A DNA stretch of 64,000 nucleotides from Moniliella sp. 'wahieum' (taxonomy: Eukaryota). A program made the translations under genes and the position numbers. The notes under the pieces were generated by a model. The model saw only the letters and a program-made list of their open reading frames with translations. It was not told where the DNA came from and searched no databases. The stretch spans positions 558,001 through 622,000 of the forward strand of contig RSEE01000030.1 in the NCBI GenBank assembly GCA_003971905.1, given 5' to 3'. Positions 53,358 through 64,000 of this stretch are shown here, one piece after another (the stretch's first letter is position 1; every line of letters starts with the position of its first letter).

Positions 53358-56300
53358 GCTCGCCCCTCACCGGCACATCTGAATCAGTCCTGCTTCCCTG
53401 CGTGGCAACTCGTACACCAACCTTCTCTTCGTCTGTGTCTACCTCGCTTAAGCCCAAGTCGCCTGCGTTTCCGATGAACTGCCTGATCGCACGTTCGGTT
53501 CGCTCGGCTGTGCGGCTGCCCTCCCCCTTGCACCGCTGCCCCTCGAAAGCTAAGCCGATCAAACTTCCCCTGTCCTAGTCGCTGTCCCCAACCCTCTTCT
53601 CAGTTTATATCCATGGACTTGCACCTCCTCCCGACTGTGCTGCGTATAGCCTGCCTCGGCCACTTCATACTAGCTGCGAAGACAAGGGCACGAGTTTGGG
53701 GACCACGTACATCATGAGTGCACCGCCCTGGATGCGTTTCCATACAGCAATATAGGTCACTGCGCCTGTTACGGGATGAGTTGGATCTGGGAGGGTCTGA
53801 TACAAGCTAAGGCCCGCCTACTCGTCTGCACATACTCAGTAGAGTGCGCTCCGAAGCCCAACCAAGTGTGATGATGGTTGGTTAAATGAGGTACGGTGGC
53901 CCGATGGGCCATGCATCCGTGCGACATTAGTCGGTTGGCCTAAAGGAAGCCACCAAATTTCCGGTCACTTTGCGACGACTGTCGCCCCGCCACGACTTAC
54001 TTGATCATTCTCCGTTGCACCTGCGACAACCAACCCATCTTTTGACAGGCCTTCCTTTCTATACACCTCTATCGTGTCCGTTTTCCCTTTTGATCTAGCC
54101 TGTACCCCTGTTGGTGGGGATCCTTTCTCCGCTTTCCATTCTTATCCCTTCCCGCCTTTCCTGTCCTCCAGCTTTCCATCCGCCCAGTCGCGCGAGCCTC
54201 CTTTCAGTCGCATCGATTCCCCGTACCAGCTTATTGCGTGATGGGTTCCTTTCCAACCACGTCGATAGCCGCCCCTGTTCATCAGCCTCAGCTCTGGTAG
54301 TGTTTGTCCTCCACTGCCTCAACCCGTCCCTAAACCTCGAAAGCTTCAGACACGTTACTACAGCCCACTCCGATGCATACGCAGCCTTGCAACATGTACA
54401 GTAGCCTCAGCTTCACTTCCAAAGGCCTTGCCTCGTCCCTAGCTCTGTTTGGATCCACCAACTATAGCCCAAGCCCGAAACTACCGTGAGTCGGCCTTTT
54501 GTCCCCTAAGGGATTGTACTCCACAACCCTGGGTGAGCCCCCTGGCGGGGCTCGCCCGTGACAGCGCCCCTGATCGCACTGGTGATGGTCCAAAGTAGTG
54601 GTTCCAAGGGCATTCGTTGACAAGAGACAATTCCGAGTCAGGATACTTCATCTTGTTAGGTTTGATATATGATAAGATGCTAATACTAGGCTGGGACGCG
54701 GCAGCTTGCCTCAGTGCACCTTACTGCGCTTGCCCCACGCAACTTATCTGCGTTGCGTGGCCAGAACGTAATACTCGACCATGGAGCCGCACGGCATCGC
54801 GTCAGGTCATGATGGTCCCCCATCACAGAGACGACCAGGGGCGACAGGGCAAAACTTACAGCCCTCAGGCTATAATGCTATAGGACACTGCAACCATGCA
54901 GATGTATATTGTGCTCGCTTCCGAGCTTGGGCAGGCAATATCAACATACACAAGGGAGACATGGCCCAACGTGGTATCATTGCATTATATCCGGCATGTG
55001 AAACGCGCCAAGACGTGTCAGCGCAAATACTTGGGAGGGAAATCCTATCCTATTGGCTGGTGCGTCATCCTGAAGTCTCCATCTGAGGTCCTGAAGTATG
55101 AGAAGCTTTGACAAGGTCCGACGGGGAGGCGCTTGAAGCTTGACAGCACTCGATGCGGCTCTATTTAATAGAAAGACGACTATCTATGCCGTTCGCGTTT
55201 TATAGGGCAGAGTACGCTGCTCATCGAGTTCATCAACTTCATCCTCCTTCCATTCGAAAACCATTGATCCATCGTCGTTACTCAATGGTACTCATTCATC
55301 AAACATGGAAAATGGTAAGCTGTGAATGTCATGGGCGCATCCTGGACGGGAGCCAACGGACTCACAGTGTTGTAGGGATTTCCCAGGGAGAGGAGGACGG
55401 ACTCACGGTCGATATGGGGCCTGAATATACTCCCGGCAGATGCGAACGGAGCCAGAGACGAGGCCAGGCCGCTCAATTGTTGTATGGGCCAGCTCTTCAC
55501 GTGGAAAAAAAGTCGTTGTGTATGCGCCGGAACGACTGAGGATAGAAGACTAACGAGCCTGCAGTCTATTTCGTCCTACGGGGCTTGGATGGAAGGGTGA
55601 CGCAGGCAACAACACTCAGAAGGGTATGAAAATCCCGTCTTCCACTGGAACAGCTCAGCCATCGTAAGAATTGCCACGAGGTCCGTAAGGAGGAGACTGG
55701 ATACTGGAGGTCGACGGCAATATAGATGTCCGCGGTTACATGGATACTGGAAGACCCATCAGATGTGATGATCGCTGGAGGCTGGTCAGTATTAGGACCG
55801 CTGGTAAACTAGGAGAAGCGCGGGCCCCACAACATGTCGGAGATGCCTGTGTTGGGTTACTTATGCATTATGCTCCATTTAGATGCTCCTTGTGGGGGTT
55901 TGTTCGATGTTCAGACAAAAGACAGCTCAGTCTTGACGTAGAACAACCTAGGCAAGGGAGACAAGGGGAGTGCATGAGCTCGGCCGGGCTCGGCCGCTGC
56001 GCGCCGTCGCCGCGTGACACCATCAGGCGCGCGCTTCCTCACAAGACGTGTCCTCATGCCTAATGAACCTATGACCTCTCCCCTCGCCTGCAGCATGGAC
56101 GTTAGGGCATGTGCTCGCCACTCTGCACTCCTCTCCCTTAATAGCTTTATATTGATTATCCATCGTCGAGAAAGCCGTGGCTTGATGTGCTCCTCTTTCC
56201 AACCTCAAAACTCGTTGCTCGGCACACACCTCCTTCATTGGGGCATTGGGCAACAGGCTACAGCGAGATTCATTCTGAATCCCTCACACCTCTTTCCTTC

Positions 56301-58256
56301 CATCGGTCGTCGGGGGGCGAGTCAAAGCTCTTATTCTTTGTCGTTCCACTTTCTTTCGATCATCGGGGGTACGAGTCCACTCTCCTTGTGAAGCTAGGAC
56401 AATAAGTATGGGTTCTGCGGGCTCAGCTGTACTCAGTTGTACTCAGGTTCGCCCGTAACGCGAAACCATAAAAGCAGAAACCTTCTTTGCCCCCCCCCCT
56501 TTCCCCCCATCAAACAGACATTATCGGTATAGTACTTTGTCTAATTAGTCATCTACACTTCTCGCGCCGGCTCTTGGTGGTCTTCCTTCGGTCTTGCTTC
56601 GGCCCCCCTTCGGTGCTGTCCTCGCCACCAAATGCCTAATGGTCAGATCTCAGAGCGACAGCGACGGGGCTCCATTATACATCGTGACTAATATAATGAC
56701 TATAGTGACTGCTTCGCAGTGGTATGGATATACGAGGGGGGTGGAGTGAGATCTGAGACCGCCACTAGTCACTTGTATTTTAGTCCTTTCTCAATAGTAC
56801 AGAAACAGGACGCACTCGCGCATGCGAGATCCGGAACGGGGACGCTTGGCCGATGTCACAGACACTTGAGAGCGTGGCGAGCCAGGCGAGCCCGGAAAAG
56901 CGTGGAGGCATAGACATCTGCGCACATGCTACTCGATGTTCTCATAATCCAATCGGTCATTAGTTCCACCAGGGGGAAAGGCCTGGTGTAGGGCTGGGGA
57001 GGTCAGTGCCATATGCACTATGCACAGTAGAAGTACAGTGTGCTCGCTACCACACTTTCTCGACATGATGCACATGATGTCGAAGATGTTGATATGCCCT
57101 GATGGCCAAAAGAATGCAGGTTTTACCCTCATTAGGATCTCCAGTGCGCCTGCGTGGCTTTTGTCGTGGTCGCTCTTTTTCGGACGCGCCTACTACGACG
57201 GCTATGCTTTGGTTAGTAGTCTGGTCCACGCTTGTCACATGCTTCAAGCTTCATGCCGTGATGATATAGTCACAAAAGTAGGCATACATATCGGAGCCAA
57301 CCAGAGCGGACTCCTTGGTCCTGATGCTATAGCCCCCATAGTTCAGAGGCTCGGCGATCGGCCCTCAATATTTAATCCTCAATACTCGGTGGCCCAGTGG
57401 CTCAGCAGCGTAACAAACGCTAAACGGGAGCAGTGCTAGGATCGGGTGATAGGAAACTGGGGTTACCTTGGACAGGCTAGGATCCAAGATCTGGGATTTG
57501 GGATCTGAGTCCTGGGATCTGGGATCTGGGATCTGGCCTTGCACGTAGTGCTACTAATACTATAGAGCGCGTGGCCAGATGATGCTGGCGAGTACTATAC
57601 CTATTAGGAAGTGGGAGTACACCACTGGACCTCAGCGCCTCAGCGCTGCAAGTGGGCTGCCCTGCCTCAGCGCCACTCGGTCTGAGATCTGTGAGTACTG
57701 TGGAACTCGAAGTACTTTTAGGACTCAGTGTACTCAGCGTTCAGTTACTCAAGCTTCAAGCTTCAAGCTCGAACAGCTTCAGAAGACGACTAAGTGACTA
57801 GACCTAATGACTAAGTACTTCTTCGGTCTAAGGCCTAAACCGAGTATTGACGGAATACGTACGCCTGTCACACGTCGCAGTCGCCTCCAGAGCCGAGGCA
57901 CCTACCGACGAGTGAGTGCGCTCAGATTATCGCACCCCGAACTCAGTACCCACAATAGACCGAGCCACCTTTTTTATATCTCCTACGTGCAAAGCACCTT
58001 GCAAAACGAGAGAGGGAGGCAATATCCGAAATACAGTTGTCCAGAAAAAATAAGAAAAACGATGCGAGGTTGCGGTTGCGAGGCAGGAGACACAAAGGCG
58101 AGAGGGGAGGGAACTAATAGCAACTTAAGGGGGGGAGGAGGACGAAGGATCCGTAGGGAAGCGAGGGGGCCCACAGTCTGAGTAGGGCACCAGAGGGCGG
58201 ACCCCAAAGGTATGCATGCAAACAAAGGGGAGCGAGAGCCGGGTGAATACCCAAAT

Positions 58257-59542
58257 TTACGCCCACGCACTCTTGTCCCCAGGCGTGTCGGGCAGCTCAA
58301 ACGCAAAAAACTTGGGTTCCGCATCATGGCTCGCGCTCGACAGACGCATGTCGACAGGGGCAGTGCTCATGTCAGGCCAGAAGGGAGCCGAGCTGACGGT
58401 TGCGGCGCGGGAGCGGCCGGCCAGGTTGTCAAACAGCGCATAGGTGCTAGGCGCGTTCTCGCTTTCTGGGGGGGCGGAGAAAAAGTTGGTCGAGGAAGGA
58501 ATACTGGAGGAGTACTCGGTAGGGTGGGATGCACTCCATTCCGTCCCAGAGAGAGACGAAGGTCCAGGGGCAGTGTTAGGGCGCGAGTCGAGCGTATAGG
58601 CCTTGTACGCTCCCGTAAGCATAGTGGGCGAAGCAGCATCTGCGTTGCCTGGTCGGCTCTGGTCCCTCCGTCTACGCTGGCAGCCCGACTTGACGGCCAG
58701 GTGACGGCTCATCGCATCTTTGCGGGAAAACTGCTTGCTGCAAGTGGGGCAAGAGTAAGGCTTGTTGGCCATGTGGATGCGTGCATGCCGCCTCAAATCG
58801 TGGTTGCGTGCAAAAGCTGCACCGCACTGCGTGCACCCATAGTTCTTGGGCAACGACACTTTGCTCCGTTCTTTGCCTGATGCCTTTTTGCCTGCTTTGG
58901 CAGGCGCAGGCAAAGACGACGATTCGGCTGGTGCACTGGCCACGTTCTCTGCGGGCGACGCCAGCGCTAGTGCCGATGGCCAAGGCGCATCCGTCTCTGA
59001 GCTCCAGCTGGCCTCGTTCACAGCCCAGCTGGAATGGTCGACGAACGGCCGGGCGCTCGACTCAGCCAAATGACTGTTATCCCACGACCCGGGCTGCTGG
59101 GGGGGAGAGTAACGGTCCAGAGGCCGTTGATGCTGCAGGGGAGGACAGTGGCGAGGGAAATGAGGGCGGCGGACCAGAGGCCAGGACAGAGGGCAACTGT
59201 GCCTTCTGGGACAGAGGCAAGGACGTGGGCCATACACTGCCAGAGGAGACAACTGGAGCAGGAGGGCATGGCATGGTGACGGTGGGCAAGTCAACAGGCG
59301 CGTGAGAGAAGGTCCCTGCCGGCTCAAAGTTGGAGGTCAACAGGGCGGAGAAGGGGCCGGGAGAAGTGAGAAGTGTCGGCCAGAGCCACGGGGGCGGTAC
59401 CAGGATCTGGGAGCGCAGAGGGCTCAAGGGCGGGCGCGAACGATTCGAAAGACGCGGGGGCCTGCATGTCGAATTGGTCTCGCAACCAGGGCGCGGATGG
59501 GAGAAAGGAGTAGGAGCTGACGGGCATGTTGAGCGTTGCCAT
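58257..59542 (-). CDS. C2H2 zinc-finger transcription factor (two fingers); frameshifts near 59330 and 59080
   Basis: YGCTQCGAAFARNHDLRRHARIHMANKPYSCPTCSKQFSRKDAMSRHL; gccATG start MATLNMPVSSYSFL; Ser/Pro-rich flanks. Confidence 0.88.
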
Positions 59543-60209
59543 GGCGAGTGGTGGCAATAGAGGAACTGTTGGGGAGGTGGGGAGGGGAGGACTGTTACAG
59601 GCGGCAGATAAAAGAAAGGTCAGAGCAGGTTCCTTTTGATACGTATACCAAGTAGGGTGACTTTTGAACACCAGGCCGGCCCGCGTGGAGACAAGGCAGG
59701 GGGCGAGAGACAGAAAGTGCGACGATACCCAGGAGATTAGGCTCGGCAGCGCACTCAGGGGGCCTGTGTCAACTGGTCGATTGTACTCACGGGATCCAGG
59801 AGGCGGCTGGGCGAGGGCAGGAATGGGAGTGTGCCCGACACAGAGGGGAGGATGTGGTGGGCGGAGAGGCGGAGGGGCGAGAAGAGGTGGGCGACGGGGG
59901 CGCGGCAGGCTTTATGAGAGTGAAGGAAGGAGACGTGGGTCTGGCAGGGAGGCTGCGCGTGTGGAAAAGGGCAGGGAGGGGCACACGAACACGGGCAAGG
60001 CAAGAGACGCAGCAGGCAGCAGACCAACAACGCAACACAGGCGCTGGGCCTGCAGCGCGCCAGAGCAGACAGCGGCCTTGTGCCGGCCAGACAGGCCCGC
60101 GCACTGGGGGGGAAGTGCTACTGACTAGCGACCGACTAGCGACTAGGGTCCATGCACCATGATCGAACGAGTGAGACGGATGGCGCATGCGGAGAAAGAG
60201 CCGACGGCA

Positions 60210-63200
60210 GGATCTGAGATCGGAGATGTGAGATAGCCCGATAGTCGATGGTCGATAGTCGATAGTCCATCGTCGATAGCATCGGAGTCTGGTCAGGAGG
60301 TGGGCCGCAGGACGGGGGGCAGTGCTCGCCTGTGCTGGCCTCCTTTCGGAGCGTTTGCCTTCGGGCGCTCAGGCTGAGCGCTGGCTCATGCATGATTCGC
60401 TGATGCATCATGCATTTGCCTTCGGATCCCCAGGCCGAAGAGAGAAATGACTGTTGTGACATTGGCAGGGAGCAGTGAAAAGGGGCACCTGCAGGCTATC
60501 GCCTCTCGTTCACGGAACGTACAGCTTCAGGAGATCGGGGCCCAGATCTCAGATGCCCGATCGATCAGACAACGGGGCCGGTGAATGCGGGAACTATGTA
60601 TGTCTGTCCCCCAGAAGCACTCCACCTCCAGGCCCAGCCCAAACCCGAATGCAGTCAAATTTGAAATCGAGTCGGAGGGACGTTGGGTGCACAGCCAGCG
60701 TGGGAGGGGTGGGGCCGCAGAGAGCAGCCGGAGGCAGACCAGAGAAGGGCCGCGACTGCCGACACAGCGAGCAACATACGGCCATCGATCATCGATCAGC
60801 GCTGAGGCGCTGAGGCTCAGCAAGCAGAGCGAGGGGGAGCCAGGCCTCGATCATCGATCACACGCACATTCATACGCACACGTCCAGCACTGCGCTGCTG
60901 TTGCTCAGCGCCCGAGCAGCACTCAGCACGAAATGGCGTCACACGTCACGCAACCCTCCAGTCATTTCGTCACTAGCCCTAGTCATGCATGTCACCTGTC
61001 ATGCATGAGGCGACTGTGAAACTTGCATCACATGCATCACAACGCCACTTCGTCAGCGCGTCACCGGCCAGAGCGTCACACGTCGCCGCGTCAGCGCGTC
61101 AGCATCCAATGCCCGCGTCGGCAGCGCACCAAAAGCATCTTGGTATACATAGGTTGCGGGGCCATCTTGCCACAACAGGCCCCACGCTATTCCTTGGTCG
61201 TGGTCTTGCCACTACTACGTAGTGGTACAGGACATATGTTGTAGACTGCGCCGATTGCTTCAAACGGACGGCAGCTGGCACCCGAGACGATCGTAAGCTG
61301 ATCGGTGAATGGTGAAAGGTGGTTGGTGGCCGCTGGGCGCTGGTTCAAGGTGGCCTAGTTTGGCCTGCGCTTGTACAGACTCAAGAGCTCCTTCCGCACC
61401 CGCAGGGCACCGGCCCCCTACAGCACTGCCCCCGATCAGTCACCATGCACCACCGGTCTCCGGCCACCGGCCACGCGTCACCGCGTCACCCGTCACACGC
61501 AGCGCCGGGGAAATGGGCGCAGTGTCACTGGGTCGTTGACCACAGGGACTAGGGAGTACTGAGTGGTGAGATTGAGAGGCACTCTAACCCTCAGCCTGAG
61601 GAGCCTGGCTGCTCTGTCGCTCAGATTTCGATCGCTGAACCTCAGCCGGCGAAGTTACCGGATACCGCGTTGAACGTTGAACTCAACGTTTTCCCTGTGG
61701 TAGACCAAATACTCAGGCCCAGGGGCTTCCTCGGGGCGTCAGGATCGGCACTCCTTCGAAACCGAGAGACGAGGGCAACGAGTGGATATTGCACAGTTTG
61801 AAGAGTGTCCTTTGAGATCTGTATTACCTGGTTACCGGTTACCGGTTACCGGCCTTACCGGTTACCGGCTAGGCCTGAGTTAGACCTTAGGGGTGCTGTA
61901 CCAGCAGACGTCAGTTCGTGGCGGGGCCACCGGTCTGGCCTCGGGTATCTGGCTGGACAGGCGGGTGTGGCTAAGCGCTAAAAACGCCAACGAAGCTGGA
62001 ATCGGTCATGCGCAGATCGCTTTGCGAGGTGTACTGAGTGTCCTGACTAGCTGAGTCTGAGTTCTGCTTAGGCGCTCAGGCGCTCAGGCGCTCAGGTCTC
62101 AGGCTTGGCCATCAAAAAAGACTCGCTCATGGCAGGCTCTATGTTCGGCCCTGTTCGGCCTCACTGGCTCAGTAGCCACTAATGCACTAATCGATCATCT
62201 CGATCATCCAAATATGCGTGACATGTGACATGTGACATGGTGCGGATTCAGAATTCAGACCTCAGGATATTCAGACCGAAGCCCGAGGCCAGCAACATGA
62301 TGCATGATGTATGATGCATGATGCATGATGCGCGGGGGGTGACGCGTGACGCGTGACGAGTGACGCGTTGATCATGGTGCCACCATATCACCCGCTATCG
62401 ATCACTTCGATCACTAGATCACTAGTCACTATAAGTCACTAGTACTCACTATGTATTCACTCGCCACTCGATCAATAGTGGATCATCGATCATCGATCAT
62501 TAGTCACGCGCCACGCGTCACGAAGTCACGCTCAGAAACTATCCTCGAATCATTAATCATTAATCATTAATCATTCACCACCATGTGCATCATGCATGAG
62601 TGCCTCAGCATCAATTATTAGTCGCTTCGGCCGTACGGTACTACCAGTATACTGCCTGTACTGCCCCGGTGCTGGCGAGCAAATTGCTCCACCGGGTTTG
62701 GGTGGTTGAGCGGTCGGGCCTGGTTTGGTCCGCAAAAAGACCGATGTCGATGACGACAAGGTGTTGCGGGGTGGGCGAGCGCAGCTAGCGCGCTACCCCC
62801 TAACTTGTGCCGGTGATCGACAGTGTCGCGTGACGCGTTGCCGGTTATACTGGGGTATGTGACACGTGCCCGCCACAGTAGGCCACAGTCGATCTCCCCT
62901 AGCGGCTAAAAGATCTAATGTATGATGCATGATTTGCATGATTGAGGCTCTTCAAGCTTCAAGCTTCAAGCGTCCAGCTTCTTTAGGCCTCAGGCGCAGG
63001 AATAGTGTGACGTTGTACCACTTGTGTACCAGCCATGGCAACGGCCCTCTCGGGAATAGGGAAAACCGCAAGAAAACCATCGATTTATCGATTACCGATT
63101 CTTATCGATTACCAGTTACCGGTTACCGGCTCCCCGTTACCGAGGTTACCGGTTACCGGCTTACCTAGTTACCTAGTTACCGATTACCGATTACCGGGGA

Positions 63201-63952
63201 CTGGTTTCCGGTTACCGGCAAGGCCTTAGGCATTACGCGCTACGCGTTACACGTTACGCGCCTTCAAGCTTAAGGCCTATGGACCACGGCCAAATAAGGC
63301 GCTAAACGCCTTACAGCTTACGCTCTCGTTTGCCTAACCTCCTGTGGGGCTATGCGTTTTGTCCAACCATGCACTATGGTACTACGCCTGAAATTGGATC
63401 GATTACGCATTACCACGTTACCCCTTCTGCATTTTGCCCCTCCACATCGAGACATTTCTCCTGCGTTGCCTTTCTGGACGCTCGATGGTCGATGCTCGAT
63501 GGTCGATGGTCTTGGCCCCGCCCAGCTGGGTACGTAGCGCCGATCAGATGAGTGTGAATTCCAATCGCTTTTGCACCGGGGGTACATTCGGAACCGAACA
63601 TGTCCCAAGGCAGAAGTGAGTCGCCAGCATTGCACCGCACTCCTGTACTCCACCCTATGTGTTAAGCTTTCAAGCTTCACGCTTTGAGTCTGTCCCCAAG
63701 CCTCGGCCTCACGTGCTGCTGCGGTCCGAGGTCGGTCAAATATGTACTTTCGCTTCAGACTTGGGCCGTTGGAGCGTGGTCGTCCGGTCGTGGACCAGAT
63801 AGAGGGACGGGCTAGCGTCACGCACTGAATCCCACACTTCCGTTTGTGAGTACTGTGAGTTGTGATTCTCCCGCTGACAGGTGATGCATGATGTCTGAGC
63901 ATGGTCATTTCGATCATTTACCACCGATCACCGATCACCGATCATCGATCAT
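60210..63952. repeat. Gene-free region dense in period-7 palindromic micro-arrays
   Basis: (GGTTACC)n 61830-61868 and 63105-63218; (ACATGTG)n 62218-62239; (ATGCATG)n 62296-62331; (ACGCGTG)n 62339-62368; (ATCGATC)n 62481-62500; (ATTAATC)n 62548-62575; (AAGCTTC)n 62950-62971; (ACCGATC)n/ATCGATC 63923-63952. Confidence 0.9.
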
Positions 63953-64000
63953 GGGCTCTGAATTTAACATTGGAAGCTGGAAGCTAGGGGAAATGCGAAG

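Noticed and set aside
60210..63952. Possible CRISPR array or restriction-site polylinker/vector contamination (HindIII, ClaI, MluI and AgeI-like sites)
   Set aside because: No constant repeat with unique spacers and no cas genes. The sites occur as degenerate tandem runs throughout native intergenic DNA, with no vector backbone.

Overview
GC-rich, intron-containing eukaryotic DNA from a basidiomycete fungus. An Ustilaginomycotina-like origin is inferred from the Fuz7-type MAPKK N-terminus and the short GT-AG introns with CTRAC branch points. The window holds about 20 protein genes: MET6, SIN3, malate synthase, all four core histones as two adjacent divergent pairs (H4<>H3, H2A<>H2B), HSE1/STAM, a Ste7/Fuz7 MAPKK, an alpha/beta hydrolase, SPT6, a Trm140/METTL2-type methyltransferase, an Lsh/DDM1-like SNF2 ATPase, an AreA/Nit2-like GATA factor, a Sec7+PH ARF-GEF, cofilin, a conserved secreted protein, a C2H2 factor and some hypothetical genes. 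It also holds two intron-containing tRNA-Pro(CGG) genes. Most genes, including H3 and H4, carry 1-nt frameshifts that look like uncorrected long-read indel errors, so several coordinates are approximate. The most striking unexplained signal is intergenic: dozens of short period-7 tandem arrays with different sequences that share one grammar, (A-X-Y-Y'-X'-T-N)n, a 6-bp A...T palindrome plus one spacer base. They are densest at 60-64 kb. Other oddities are an H3 with ISQDWK around K79, an Spt5-CTR-like heptad tail on Spt6, a segment bracketed by two tRNA copies, and an interstitial (CCCCTAA)n tract.
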